A stretch of 28,279 nucleotides of DNA from Chlamydiota bacterium (GTDB lineage: Bacteria; Acidobacteriota; Terriglobia; Terriglobales; Acidobacteriaceae): contig JBLMXE010000103.1 of the NCBI GenBank assembly GCA_050257615.1, positions 1 to 28,279 on the forward strand. The letters run 5' to 3'. Numbering within the stretch: position 1 is the first letter of the stretch; each line of letters begins with the position of its first letter. The notes under the pieces were generated by a model. That model did not search any database and was not told the origin of the DNA. It worked only from the letters and a program-made list of their open reading frames with translations. Shown piece by piece: positions 1 through 10,687 of this stretch. The position numbers and the translations under genes were made by a program.

Positions 1-6
1 GCAGTA

Positions 7-80
7 AAGGATTGCGAACTTCGCGATCCTTGGAGTCCGGGCCGACCAATCGGTGACAGCACGAGTCCTTCGTTGCTGTC
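7..80. other. three consecutive stem-loops
   Basis: AAGGATTGCG/CGCGATCCTT (7-31, one G-U pair), CCGA/TCGG (42-53), and GACAGCA-CGA/TCG-T-TGCTGTC (55-80). Function unknown. Confidence 0.5.
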
Positions 81-132
81 TTAGCAAGAATTGTTGTACA
101 GGGTCTGCAAGGTTCTGTAGAGGGCTCCAGCC

Positions 133-3100
133 ATGAAGTCTCGTCGTATACCCGCGTTTCTCCTCGCGGTCTGCGCGTGCTTCGGTTCTCGCTGCGCACA
201 GGCAGCCGCCTCCCAGCAAACAAAAGCGCCACCATCTGAAGCGGTGACGACCACCATCCCGGGTCCGCTGTACTCCTTCCTTCGTATGGCGGCGATCAGC
301 CGGCAGGTTCCGCCGGAAGACGTGCTGCCTCTTCTGGCACGCAATGTGGTCACCCATGGCTATGAGGGATGGCAGGATAGGCCCGGCTCGCCAACCGAAT
401 TTCTGGTGCTGTTGAGCCGCTATGTGCAACAGGCACGGGAGTTGACGAAACTGGCGGGCGCCGAGGGCGTCATTCGCGTTGCCAATTGCGAGCAAGCGAC
501 ACCCCTGCTGCGCATCCTCGGTTATCGTTTCCGCCAAGGTTGTGGCAGCGCACTGGCAGCCGCCAATCCCGACAGGGCATTCCTCACCATTGATGCAGGT
601 TTCCCGCTGGTGGATTTGGAAACCGATCTCCATGACCGCAAACCTTTCATATACCCATTTCACGGTTTTTCCGTACCGGTGCTGTTTCGCGAGAGCGACT
701 GGACGTCACTGCGACAAATCAGGGGGAACACCGTCCTTGACGCCCTGCTGGAGGATCCAGCATTGGCGCGCCTTTACGTGGCGCTTTCTCACCTCGATCC
801 CGAAACTCGACTTGCTTTGAAGCAATCTCCCGGATTAAGCAAGCTGGTTGGGGTTTCGCCCGCGCTCGACTTCTATGGAACTCAAATTGCGATCCGTTCT
901 GGCCAGGTTGTGGTGCCGGGAGGAACCGCGGCGGACTCGGCCTGGAAGGATCTGGTGGGCGCAAGTCCGGCCTCCCCAAGCCAATTCATACTGCACCTAT
1001 TGAGCAAGGACCAGGGCTGGCTGGCGGCCTACTTCGATTCGTTGTCGCGTACCAGTCGTGAACGGCAAGCATACTTCGCCGAGCCGCACCGGTTGGCGCG
1101 CTTCTATCACGCGCTGCGCGGGCGCGATCCATTTCCTGACGCCTACAAACGGGCATTCCGTCCCAACCCGGGTTTGTTGCTCCTGGTGACTCGCCTTCGC
1201 CTGGGGCCGGACGGAGAGCCCCAGGTCCCTGGCAACCTGGAAGTATGGAAAGAGATTTTTCGCCAGAAAAGCGATTCCAAGATCATCCGCAAACTGGGGA
1301 AACAGGCTCATACTTGGAAAACTCCGGACCAACTGGTGGAAGCGCTGTTCGGAGCTACCCGGGCGGGAACGGAGACTGGGCCCCTGCAAATCTACCTCTC
1401 AATAAGCGAACTGGATGCTGAGCGTTCCCCGGCAGGCCGCCTGGCGCCGCAAACCGTGCGCCTGCTGGCCGATAAGTTCGCAAAGTTCAGAGATCAATAT
1501 CTGATTTTTTCCGAGTTTCCGGATCTGAATAATGCTTCGATCGTTCGCTTTCTGACTATTGCGGACGGCCTCGATCGGATTTCCGATCCCACCCTGCGCG
1601 GCAACGCCATGGGAATTTTTCAAAGCAATGTTGGACTTTGGCAGATTCTGGCTCGCCAGGGGCAGATTCCCAGGACGTTGCTGAACCAGTCGTGGCGGCA
1701 GGTTACCGCCCCATTTGCCAGGATTACCTCTGCTGCCCAGCTCTTCGATGCCGGGCGCGGCTCATTGCGAGAATTGATGAAGGCCGCGACGGGGAAATCC
1801 AGCTGTTCGCAGGATGAAATCGTCGAGTTACTGGCTGGCCCTCAGCAGCCCAGTCCCGAGGCCCGCCAGGTACACGAGGAGCTGGCCAAGAAACTTCGCT
1901 CGGACCTGAACGGTCAGCGGCTGGTTTCCCTGGACACGATCCTGGCGTTGGGGGAGCAACTAGATGCCGCGGCAAAGACCAGGAGCACGGCTCCAGTGGA
2001 AATTCCTCTGGCCGGAGAGCTGCAGGAGTTCGAGATGCCGAGACCTATTTTCAGTCGCGGCGAGAGAACGGAATGGGCCACAGGAGTCTATAACAACCGT
2101 CACACCGATTTAGAGATGCGTACGGACTTGGCCAAATTGATGAAATCCCATCCCTCGTCCAGACGATTGATCAAGGCTCGTGGCGAGCTTACACCATTCC
2201 TGCGCGACGCTCTGGTGGGGTTTAATTATGCCTATTATGAACCACCAGGCTCTCAGATTCTCCGCACCAATCCTCTTTTCGTCCGCTCCCATGACTTCGC
2301 CGGGGAAACGCTGGCGGGAATGACTTCCATGTGGCAAGCCCCGCAGTTGCTTGGAGTTGGCTACCCCGCCGGCGGAGGCGCTCATTTGGTGGGTTCGCTT
2401 GCCTACCTTCCCTATGTGCTGGCAGAGGCCGAGGAGGACTTCATCGCGCCCAAAAATGTTCAGGCGCTTATCTGGAAGGAGATGGCGGCCGTCCTCTTAA
2501 CTGACGCGACCCTGTCGCGGTGGTGGAACGTGGGCCGGAACGAGCTCCACGCCGTGGCGCTTTACCAGCAAGCCGGCGAGGAGCTTCTGGCTGCTTCAGA
2601 AAAAGACGGGCGGTTGAGAGATAAAGTGATCGCCATCCTCGGAGATCGCATGACGCCGGCGAGGCTGGGGCGAGTGGAAGCGGCTCTGCAAACGGGAGGC
2701 CTCGCCAAGGCAGAGGCGGAGATCATGCCGGCAGATACCTTCTTTCTGGAGGCTGAGTTTCGCCAAGGGTTTCCTGAGGAGAGCAATTCTTCCGGACCTG
2801 CAGGGAAGGAATTGCAGGTGCTTGCCAGCCGGCACCCTGCAGAGGTCAATTGGAAACGACTGTCCCGAGACTTCGGTGTGCCACACCCCATGCTGGCGCA
2901 AACTTATGCGCGCGAGTTGCTGAATGTGCAGCCGTTCCCCGCCTGCGAGGGATACGGCAGCGCTTTGCTGGCGGAGTCCTGGGAATCGAACTATCTTTAC
3001 TGGGCCCGAGTGGCAGACGCGGCGGGCTATTCACCCGTGATGCTCAACGAATTGGTTCCGGAACTTACCCGACGCATGGTGGAAGAAATCTTTGCTACCG

Positions 3101-3243
3101 ATACGGAAGATTGGCCGGCATTGCTTCGGGCACTGCGCCAAACAGGAGAAGAATTGCGCGCCGGAAAACTTGCGGTGCTGCCTCCGAAGCATTCGATTCT
3201 GCGGGCGGCGGATTCGCCAGGCACGAAAAAGAATCCGGATTAG
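133..3243 (+). CDS. large secreted hypothetical protein (1036 aa)
   Basis: Long ORF with an N-terminal signal-peptide-like segment (MKSRRIPAFLLAVCACFGSRCAQA). No catalytic motif recognised. Followed after 34 nt by the VWA gene. Confidence 0.85.
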   Translation: MKSRRIPAFLLAVCACFGSRCAQAAASQQTKAPPSEAVTTTIPGPLYSFLRMAAISRQVPPEDVLPLLARNVVTHGYEGWQDRPGSPTEFLVLLSRYVQQARELTKLAGAEGVIRVANCEQATPLLRILGYRFRQGCGSALAAANPDRAFLTIDAGFPLVDLETDLHDRKPFIYPFHGFSVPVLFRESDWTSLRQIRGNTVLDALLEDPALARLYVALSHLDPETRLALKQSPGLSKLVGVSPALDFYGTQIAIRSGQVVVPGGTAADSAWKDLVGASPASPSQFILHLLSKDQGWLAAYFDSLSRTSRERQAYFAEPHRLARFYHALRGRDPFPDAYKRAFRPNPGLLLLVTRLRLGPDGEPQVPGNLEVWKEIFRQKSDSKIIRKLGKQAHTWKTPDQLVEALFGATRAGTETGPLQIYLSISELDAERSPAGRLAPQTVRLLADKFAKFRDQYLIFSEFPDLNNASIVRFLTIADGLDRISDPTLRGNAMGIFQSNVGLWQILARQGQIPRTLLNQSWRQVTAPFARITSAAQLFDAGRGSLRELMKAATGKSSCSQDEIVELLAGPQQPSPEARQVHEELAKKLRSDLNGQRLVSLDTILALGEQLDAAAKTRSTAPVEIPLAGELQEFEMPRPIFSRGERTEWATGVYNNRHTDLEMRTDLAKLMKSHPSSRRLIKARGELTPFLRDALVGFNYAYYEPPGSQILRTNPLFVRSHDFAGETLAGMTSMWQAPQLLGVGYPAGGGAHLVGSLAYLPYVLAEAEEDFIAPKNVQALIWKEMAAVLLTDATLSRWWNVGRNELHAVALYQQAGEELLAASEKDGRLRDKVIAILGDRMTPARLGRVEAALQTGGLAKAEAEIMPADTFFLEAEFRQGFPEESNSSGPAGKELQVLASRHPAEVNWKRLSRDFGVPHPMLAQTYARELLNVQPFPACEGYGSALLAESWESNYLYWARVADAAGYSPVMLNELVPELTRRMVEEIFATDTEDWPALLRALRQTGEELRAGKLAVLPPKHSILRAADSPGTKKNPD

Positions 3244-3277
3244 CGTCCGTGTGGGGTTTGGAATTGCAGAGGTTTCC

Positions 3278-4351
3278 ATGATGAAACGCTGTCTTCTCCC
3301 CTTGGCATTGCTCGCAGCATTTATGGTGTGTCCCGGGGCCGGAACTGTGGCCCAGGAAGGCGAGTCGCGAATTTTCGTCGTCGTGGACATGGTGCAATTG
3401 AATGTGGCGGTGACGGACAACAAGGGCAATTACGTAACCGGGCTGCAACCGAAGGATTTTGCGGTTTCGGAAGATGGCATTTCGGAACGAATTGCCACTT
3501 TCGGAGAGGGCAACGAGCCTACTCGCCCGCTGTTGCAGGTGGCCGGTGATAACGCCCCCCCGCAAGGTGATGCATTGCGGGGTTCGCACCGGGGTGGAGA
3601 TTCGGAGAATCCACCAGAAACCTTCGCTTCAGCCATAGCCGGGGCCAACGTTTTCATCCTGTTCGACACCAGCAATTATATGTACCGGCATTTTGTGTTC
3701 GCGCAGGACGCCATTGCCGATTTTATCCGCACTTTGGAATCCGCCAACAAAATAGCTTTCTATTCCTACAGCCGTGATCTGCTGCGAGCCACTCCTCTCA
3801 CACCCGATCGTTCGCAGGTCTTGCGTGGCGTGCGCTCGACCGTGGCGGGGGATGACGCCGCGCTTTACAACGCTTTATTGCTGACGGTGAAGGATGCGGC
3901 CCAGCAAACCGGACGCAAGGTGGTGGTTGTGTTTTCCAACGGGCCGGATAATGCCAGCACGGTGCCGCCGGAGGATGTGGCGGAGCTTGGCCAATCGAGC
4001 GGGGTTTCCATCTACATGATAAGTACTCAGCAAGCCCAGCTGGATCCCATTTCCACCGCGGTGTTTTCGCGGATGACCGCGGCAACCGGCGGGAAAGCGT
4101 ACTTTACCAGGAACTGGAACGATCAGGAAAAAGCGTTCGCTTCGATTCGCGATGATCTGGCCCACTTGTATTCGATCAGCTACTACCCTCAACCGAATCC
4201 CAATCGGGGCTGGCGTACTATTTCGGTGAAATTGGTCGGTAAGCAACTCAAGAAGTATCACGTGCGCACGCGAAATGGATACCGGCCCCAGCCGGTGCGA
4301 TCCTCCGCGGGCAATGTCTCGGTTTCTCGCCCCCAGTCTGTCCCTCAGTAG
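3278..4351 (+). CDS. VWA-domain protein (acidobacterial VWFA-related type), secreted
   Basis: Start reassigned to ATG 3278 (GAGG upstream; signal peptide MMKRCLLPLALLAAFMVCPGAG). Has VVDMVQLNVAVTDNKGNYVTGLQPKDFAVSEDG, ILFDTSNY, RKVVVVFSNGPDN and a C-terminal YSISYYP..WRTISVKL..VRTRNGY typical of this family. Confidence 0.85.
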   Translation: MMKRCLLPLALLAAFMVCPGAGTVAQEGESRIFVVVDMVQLNVAVTDNKGNYVTGLQPKDFAVSEDGISERIATFGEGNEPTRPLLQVAGDNAPPQGDALRGSHRGGDSENPPETFASAIAGANVFILFDTSNYMYRHFVFAQDAIADFIRTLESANKIAFYSYSRDLLRATPLTPDRSQVLRGVRSTVAGDDAALYNALLLTVKDAAQQTGRKVVVVFSNGPDNASTVPPEDVAELGQSSGVSIYMISTQQAQLDPISTAVFSRMTAATGGKAYFTRNWNDQEKAFASIRDDLAHLYSISYYPQPNPNRGWRTISVKLVGKQLKKYHVRTRNGYRPQPVRSSAGNVSVSRPQSVPQ

Positions 4352-4376
4352 GGGCGAGGGTGCAACTTAGATCCTC

Positions 4377-7300
4377 TCAGTTCCCGTGCCCCGCAGGCTT
4401 TTCTTCGGCAGTAAGCCTGCCCGCTTCCGCCGCCGCGCTTTGCAGCTTCTGGCCGGCCACGTTGGCCTGCTGATCGAGCGCCTGGAACACGGCATATTGC
4501 GCCGGAGTTGGCCTGGCATAGGCGAGGTCAACATCCGCGGCCAGGTATGCCAGGTGGTCTCGCAATTTGGTTTCGTAGAGCAGGCTGCCTTCTGACGACT
4601 TCATGGCCATCTGGGCGACGTCGCCGATCTCGCGGTTGAGAGCTGCCAGCACACTGGCGGCCTGTGCGGTGGGCAAATAGTGAGCGGCAACGGCTTTCTG
4701 CAGATTATCGCGCGCCGCCAGCGCCCGATTGATGGCCTGGTCCAGTCTATCGAGATCGGTGTGAATCTGCTGATCCAGGGCCAGCCGCGCCGCTAGTTCC
4801 TGTGGCGTCGCGTGGAGTCTGGGATCGAGGCTGACAGAGAAACTCGCTTTCGTCGTCTGTCCGCCATACGTGAGCGCAACGGTGTAGTTGCCCGGCACGA
4901 CTTCAGGGCCCTCCACGGAGTCTTTTAGGCCGCCTGCAGGAATGGGCGCGTGGTATCCGGTCACCTCCGCCGCATAGGGATAGCGCAAGTCCCACTGGAA
5001 GCGATTCATCCCCGGCTCCACGGCCGTGAGCCTTTGTTCCTTTTCCCGAATCTGCTGATCCGTCGGCTCGGCGCTGTGGTCCACTTCGGCGGCCACATTC
5101 TCCTGGCCTTTTACGGTTTGCTCCTGGCCCGCCTGAGCCTCCTTTTCTTTTGCCTTCTCCTTCTTCTCTTTTTCTGTTTCCAGGTGCAGAACGAAGCTGC
5201 GAATTACTTTGCCTTGCGAATTTGCTATTTCCAGGCTGGCCGGCGTTTTGCCGTCATAGTTCTGGGGAAGGTGGAAGAAGATGGTAGCGCCGAACGGCGG
5301 GTTATCGCCCGCGTCGGGCACGCGCCGGGCTTCGGGGCTGGGCTTGCCATAGGCATGCGTGAGCCATGCCTGCTGGGGAGCAAACAAGAAAGCCGAATTG
5401 GCTGCCGCCAGCGGTTTCTTGGTCAGCTGCTCAAGAACCGTTAGGTTGTCCAGAATCCAAAACGCCCGTCCGTGAGTGGCGGCCACTACCTCCCCCTGGC
5501 GTGAATTAATGGCCAGATCGCGCACTTCGGTGACGGGCAGATTAAGAGTCAGAGGCTGCCAATGCGCCCCGGCATCCAGGCTGACATACACGGTGCTACG
5601 CGTGCCCAGGAAAAGCAGCGCGGGATCACTGGGATCCTGGCGAAGATCGAAAACAAATTCATCCGCCGGCAGTCCGGCTGTGATTGCGGTCCAGTGCCGG
5701 CCCAAGTCGGTGGTCTCGTAAACATAGGGACGGAAGTCGTCCCACATGTAGCGCCGAGCCGTGAGATAGGCGGTATTCTTGTCGGCGTGCGAAGGCTCAA
5801 TACAACTGATCCACGAGTCGGGCAGTCCCGGTGGAGTTACCAACTGCCAGCTTTTTCCTCCATCCGTGGTCACGTGGGCCAGGCCGTCATCCGAGCCGGC
5901 CCAGATCACGTTGCCGTCGAGCGGCGAAACCGCCAGCGCCGAGATGCCGGGATAAATCTCGGCTCCCGACTGGTCCAGGTCAACCGGCCCGCCGCTTGGT
6001 ATTTCCGTGCTTGCCCGGTTGCGCGTGAGGTCGGGCGAAATTCGCTTCCAGCTCTGGCCGTAATCGTCGCTCTTGAATACGTATTGAGCGGCGGTCAGCA
6101 GTTCCTTCGGATTAGCCGGCGAAAACAGAATGGGATGTGTCCAGCCAAACCGGTTCTTGAGTTCGTTTGATGCCGACCCTTCCTCATAGTTCGGCCATGG
6201 ACTCACGCTGTGATACTCTTCGCTGTCGCGGTCGTACCTCACAAAAATGCTGTAATACCCGCTGCCATAAGTGATCTTGGGATTGTCCGGTTGCGGCACG
6301 GAATAGGTGCTCTCGCCGTAGGCCACGCGGTGCCAGGCCGAAAGCGGAATTGTGCCTCCGCTGCTGGCGCTCGGCCCTTCGAATGACCCTTCGTCCTGCT
6401 GCGCGCCGAAAACGTGAAAAGGAAACTGATTGTCGAGATTGACGTGGTAGAACTGGCCGGTAGGCTGATTGTGCTCTGTGCTCCAGGTGTTGCCGCCGTC
6501 GGTTGAGACGGTGGCGCCGCCGTCGTTGCCTTCCAGCAGAATCCGCGTGTCATTCGGATTGATCCACACCACGTGATTGTCTCCATGGGGCGGCCGCAGC
6601 TTCTTGAATGTCTTGGCCCCGTCGTGCGAAACCCACAGCGCATCCACTTCCGGCGCGTACACGGTGTTGGGGTCCTTGGGGTCGGCGTAAATGGTCATGT
6701 AATAGAAGGCGCGCTGCCGCAGCTTCCACTCGCTGTTCACGCGCTTCCAGGTGGCGCCTGCGTCCTCCGAGCGGAACACGCCGCCTCCTTTTGCCTGCAT
6801 AATCGCGTACACAATATTCGAGTTGCTGGCAGCAACGGAAAGGCCGACACGCCCTAGAACGGTCTGCGGCAAGCCCTGGTTGTGGGAAAGATTCGTCCAA
6901 TGCTCGCCCCCGTCCGTGGTCTTATAGATACCGCTGCCCGGGCCCCCGCTGATAAGGCCCCACGGCATGCGCACGGCTTGCCACATCGCGGCATAGAGCA
7001 CGGCCGGGTTGTTCGGGTCCATCACCAGGCAGATGGCGCCGGTTTTGTCATCCACATACAGGATCTTTTTCCAGGATTTGCCGCCATCGCTGGACTTGAA
7101 AACGCCCCGTTCGGGATTGGAAGCGAACACGTGTCCCATGGAGGCGGCATAGACAACATTGGCATCCTTGGGATCCACGACGATCGCGCTGGTGGAGTGG
7201 GTTTCGCGCAGGCCGGCATAATGCCAGCTCTTACCCGCGTCCGTGGATTTGTAGATGCCGTCGCCGGGAATCACGTCGCTGCGTATGTCAGTTTCGCCCG

Positions 7301-7658
7301 TGCCCGCGTAAAGGATTTTGGGATTCGAGGGCGTCACTGCAATAGCTCCAATACTGGAGCTGGGCTCGGGCAGCTTGCCGTCAGATATGTTTCGCCAGGT
7401 AATGCCCTCATCCGTGCTCTTCCAGACTCCGCCGCCCACCGCTCCCGCATAAAACAGATTGGCGTCTCCCGCAACCCCGGTCACGGTAACCACTCGCCCT
7501 CCGATGTAGGGGCCAATGGATCGCCATTTGAGTTTGCTCATCAGTTCTGGTACGGAAACGGAGCCTGAGCTTTGCGGACCGGCGAGCCCCGCAAGTGGCA
7601 CAGCAACGATCAGAGCGGGCAGGAAGCAAAATGCCACGAGTCGGATAAGCTGTTTCAT
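4377..7658 (-). CDS. Asp-box/BNR-repeat beta-propeller protein (VPS10/sortilin-like, GH74-like putative glycosyl hydrolase)
   Basis: Signal peptide, LKWRSIGPYIGGRV start of the mature domain, and about 11 S/TxDxGxxW Asp-boxes (STDEGITW, STDAGKSW, SSDGGKSW, TTDGGEHW, SEDAGATW, STDGGNTW, SDDYGQSW, TTDGGKSW, TTDLGRHW, SLDAGAHW and others). Helical C-terminus. Confidence 0.85.
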   Translation of the reverse strand: MKQLIRLVAFCFLPALIVAVPLAGLAGPQSSGSVSVPELMSKLKWRSIGPYIGGRVVTVTGVAGDANLFYAGAVGGGVWKSTDEGITWRNISDGKLPEPSSSIGAIAVTPSNPKILYAGTGETDIRSDVIPGDGIYKSTDAGKSWHYAGLRETHSTSAIVVDPKDANVVYAASMGHVFASNPERGVFKSSDGGKSWKKILYVDDKTGAICLVMDPNNPAVLYAAMWQAVRMPWGLISGGPGSGIYKTTDGGEHWTNLSHNQGLPQTVLGRVGLSVAASNSNIVYAIMQAKGGGVFRSEDAGATWKRVNSEWKLRQRAFYYMTIYADPKDPNTVYAPEVDALWVSHDGAKTFKKLRPPHGDNHVVWINPNDTRILLEGNDGGATVSTDGGNTWSTEHNQPTGQFYHVNLDNQFPFHVFGAQQDEGSFEGPSASSGGTIPLSAWHRVAYGESTYSVPQPDNPKITYGSGYYSIFVRYDRDSEEYHSVSPWPNYEEGSASNELKNRFGWTHPILFSPANPKELLTAAQYVFKSDDYGQSWKRISPDLTRNRASTEIPSGGPVDLDQSGAEIYPGISALAVSPLDGNVIWAGSDDGLAHVTTDGGKSWQLVTPPGLPDSWISCIEPSHADKNTAYLTARRYMWDDFRPYVYETTDLGRHWTAITAGLPADEFVFDLRQDPSDPALLFLGTRSTVYVSLDAGAHWQPLTLNLPVTEVRDLAINSRQGEVVAATHGRAFWILDNLTVLEQLTKKPLAAANSAFLFAPQQAWLTHAYGKPSPEARRVPDAGDNPPFGATIFFHLPQNYDGKTPASLEIANSQGKVIRSFVLHLETEKEKKEKAKEKEAQAGQEQTVKGQENVAAEVDHSAEPTDQQIREKEQRLTAVEPGMNRFQWDLRYPYAAEVTGYHAPIPAGGLKDSVEGPEVVPGNYTVALTYGGQTTKASFSVSLDPRLHATPQELAARLALDQQIHTDLDRLDQAINRALAARDNLQKAVAAHYLPTAQAASVLAALNREIGDVAQMAMKSSEGSLLYETKLRDHLAYLAADVDLAYARPTPAQYAVFQALDQQANVAGQKLQSAAAEAGRLTAEEKPAGHGN

Positions 7659-7810
7659 GGTTGATTTCCTAGACTGGAATTTCCCAGCATCTTTTGGCCT
7701 TGGGAATATACAACATACAAGGGAAGGGAACCAGTGCAGCTACACGGGTGTACTCGGTGGACGCAGCCTTAGGCAGTCCTTTTCCGTGTGGAATATCGCT
7801 TAGCCGAGCA

Positions 7811-10558
7811 TTAGGGACTCACCACCCGGCCTAGCTCTCTTTTCACAGTGGCTCGCAGCGCCTCGACATTGAAGGGTTTCTCCAGCAGAACGGCGCCGGA
7901 GCCCACATCCGCTTCCGCTTTCACCAGAACGTCACTGTAGCCCGACATGTAAATAACCTTGATCTCTGGCCGCAGGACTCGCAGATGGGCCGCCAGTTCA
8001 ACGCCGCTGATGCCCGCCGATAAAACCACGTCGGTCAACAAAAGATCAATCGGCCCCGCGTGGGAGCGCGCGACATTCACCGCTTCTTCTCCGTTGCTGG
8101 CCAGCAGCACCGTGTACCCACTGTCTCGCAGCGCGGCCTGGGTCATCTCAGCCAGCGGCTTTTCGTCCTCCACCACCAGAATCGTTCCCGATGCTGGTTC
8201 GGACACCGGTGCGGCGCGCGCCGGCAGCGCCGCCTTTTCCGCTGGCGCGAACACGCGCGGCAAATAGATCTTGAACGCAGTGCCTTGGCCAGGTTCGCTA
8301 TACACCCAGATATGCCCTCCGCTCTGCCGCACGATGCCATAAATGATGGACAATCCCAGCCCCGTGCCCTTGCCTATCGCCTTGGTGGTAAAGAAGGGCT
8401 CAAAAATACGAGACCGGGTGCTTTCGTCCATACCTACGCCGGTGTCCGATACGGAGATCATCACGTAGGGGCCGGGAAGCACTTCCGGGTGCAACCGCTG
8501 GTAGTTGCTGTCTAGATCCACGTTGGCTGATGCAATTCTCAGCCTGCCTCCCCCGGGCATGGCGTCTCTGGCATTGACCGCTAGGTTGATCAACACTTGC
8601 TCAAACTGCACCGGATCAGCTTTTACCCGGCCCAAGTCGGGGGCCAAATGAAGGACTACTTCAATGTTCTCTCCGATCAGCCGGGGCAACATCTTGCTTA
8701 GCTCAGTAATTCGCTCATTCAGGTCCAGCAGCCGTACGTCCATCACTTGTTTGCGGCTGAAGGCCAGCAATTGCCGGGTAAGTGCCGCCGCGCGCTCGGC
8801 TGCTTTGAGAATGCTATCCAGGTGCTTCACGCTGGGGTCGTCGGCCTTCAGTTTCCCCTGGATGAGCGCGGAATAGCCCAGAATGATGCCGATGATGTTG
8901 TTGAAGTCGTGCGCCACCCCGCCCGCGAGGCGGCCTATTGCCTCCAGTTTCTGCGCCTGCAGCAGCTGTTCTTCGAGAATCTTGCGTTCACTGATGTCGC
9001 GGGCCGCGGCGAAGACGCCTTCCACTTCTCCGACTTCGTTGCGGAACACGGAAGCGTTGTACAGAACGTGCGTGACCTGCCCGGAGGGGTGGCGGATGGC
9101 CAGTGGATAATCGTGCACCGATTCCTTCTCGAAGACCTTTTGGTAGCCCTCGCGCGCTTTGTCCGGCTCGGTGAAATACTCGCAGAAATCGCTGCCGATC
9201 AGGCGGCCACGCGGCACTCCTGTGACCAGTTCCGTGGCCCGGTTGACGTCGGTTATCTTGCCCTCACGGTTGATCGTGACCAGTGGATCGAGGCTGGCCT
9301 CGATCAGGCTGCGCGCATACAAGGACGCCCGGCGCAATTGCTCTTCCGCCTCCTTGCGCTCCGTGATGTCCTGGATCATGGAAAGCACGCCCATAACCGT
9401 CCCGTCCGACTCTTTCAAGGGAGTGTTGGTCCAATGGCAGGTAATCACGCGGCCATCTTTGGTGAGGTTCTCGTTGGTGCTGTGGGCAGTCGCATCCCCC
9501 TGCAGCAACCGCGAAAAGATAGCATCCACACGCCCTTTATTATCCGCGGGAACGATGAGATCGTAGGGATGCTGTCCCATGGCTTCTTCCGCGCTAAAGC
9601 CAAAAATCTGCTCCGCGGCGGGATTCCACGACATGACGCGAAACTCCCGGCTCCACACGATGCAGCCAATGGGCATGCGATCAATCTGCAGTTGCAGCCG
9701 GGCTTTGCTTTGCCGGACTTCCTCTTCGGCTTGCTTGCGCTCCGTAATGTCGGTTACGGCACACGTGATCCCGGCCACGTTTCCCGCACGGTCGCGCAGG
9801 GGCTCGCCGGCGAAATCGTAGTAAATGGTCCGGCCCTGGAAGTGTATGGGAATTTCTTCCCGCACACCTTGCCCGGTTTCCAGAATGCGGCGCTTGACGG
9901 CGGCCAGGCGAGCCGCATCCTCCGCATTCTCCAGGATCTCGGCATCCGTTTTCCACAGCCAGCCCCGCTCCCTCCAGGAGGCCACCGGGCTATTTATCCA
10001 TGTGTACCTCAGGTCCCGGTCCTGGTTGAAAACGACGATGGGAGAATTCTGCAGAGCCACCCGGAAACGTTCCTCGCTGGCCCGGACTGCCTCCTCGGTC
10101 CGCCTTTTTTCTGTGATGTCGGTGAAGGTTGTAACCACCGAATCCACGGTAACGCCACTGCCATTAAAAATAGGTTGCGAGTTAACCAGGATCCAACTCA
10201 CGCTCCCGTCCGCTTTCTGCACGCCCATGCAGACATCATGCTGCGGTTGGCCTGTGTGCAGCGTCACCATCGCCGGATGCTCCGTCCCCGGAAATGGCGA
10301 CCCGTCTTCGTGGATAGTGCGCCAATGCGGGTCCAAGGAAGTTCGGCCTTGCATCTGTGCGGCCGTGAGCCCCAGGATTTGTTCTGCGCGGGGATTGCAC
10401 GTTACGATGACCCCGCCGGCATTCTGCACCACCACTCCTTCCGCCATGGCGGTTACCACCGAGCGATAGCGTTCCTCGCTTACGCGCAGGGCCTTCTCCG
10501 CCAGCATCTTTTCCTTCTTGCGGAGTTGGCTTTCTCGGCGGCGCTGCTGGCCGAACAT
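7811..10558 (-). CDS. hybrid sensor histidine kinase/response regulator with four PAS domains
   Basis: Four PAS repeats (SEERYRSVV.., SEERFRVAL.., SKARLQLQI.., [16 protein letters not shown]..). H-box GVAHDFNN, N-box [31 protein letters not shown], and a C-terminal receiver ([12 protein letters not shown]). Start ATG 10558 chosen for the upstream AGGAAG. Confidence 0.93.
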   Translation of the reverse strand: MFGQQRRRESQLRKKEKMLAEKALRVSEERYRSVVTAMAEGVVVQNAGGVIVTCNPRAEQILGLTAAQMQGRTSLDPHWRTIHEDGSPFPGTEHPAMVTLHTGQPQHDVCMGVQKADGSVSWILVNSQPIFNGSGVTVDSVVTTFTDITEKRRTEEAVRASEERFRVALQNSPIVVFNQDRDLRYTWINSPVASWRERGWLWKTDAEILENAEDAARLAAVKRRILETGQGVREEIPIHFQGRTIYYDFAGEPLRDRAGNVAGITCAVTDITERKQAEEEVRQSKARLQLQIDRMPIGCIVWSREFRVMSWNPAAEQIFGFSAEEAMGQHPYDLIVPADNKGRVDAIFSRLLQGDATAHSTNENLTKDGRVITCHWTNTPLKESDGTVMGVLSMIQDITERKEAEEQLRRASLYARSLIEASLDPLVTINREGKITDVNRATELVTGVPRGRLIGSDFCEYFTEPDKAREGYQKVFEKESVHDYPLAIRHPSGQVTHVLYNASVFRNEVGEVEGVFAAARDISERKILEEQLLQAQKLEAIGRLAGGVAHDFNNIIGIILGYSALIQGKLKADDPSVKHLDSILKAAERAAALTRQLLAFSRKQVMDVRLLDLNERITELSKMLPRLIGENIEVVLHLAPDLGRVKADPVQFEQVLINLAVNARDAMPGGGRLRIASANVDLDSNYQRLHPEVLPGPYVMISVSDTGVGMDESTRSRIFEPFFTTKAIGKGTGLGLSIIYGIVRQSGGHIWVYSEPGQGTAFKIYLPRVFAPAEKAALPARAAPVSEPASGTILVVEDEKPLAEMTQAALRDSGYTVLLASNGEEAVNVARSHAGPIDLLLTDVVLSAGISGVELAAHLRVLRPEIKVIYMSGYSDVLVKAEADVGSGAVLLEKPFNVEALRATVKRELGRVVSP

Positions 10559-10657
10559 GGTATTACTTCCTGGGACTCGCCGCATTCGCAAGCGCAGTCA
10601 CGTCAGTCTCGATTTCAATCGCTGCTCGACGGGCTACGCAATCCACACATATACCCT

Positions 10658-10687
10658 TGCGCGGGGAGACATTTTCTTCCCCGCGCA
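10658..10687. other. strong GC-rich inverted repeat (possible terminator of the GH39 remnant or regulatory hairpin)
   Basis: TGCGCGGGGA...TCCCCGCGCA perfect 10-bp arms. No clear U-tract on either strand. Confidence 0.45.

Noticed and set aside
3092-3277. Longer ORF-track starts (also 10591, 11227, 14552, 17042, 19278, 22653, 27862)
   Set aside because: Downstream ATGs have better RBS, signal peptide or operon coupling. The extensions overlap neighbours or look non-coding.
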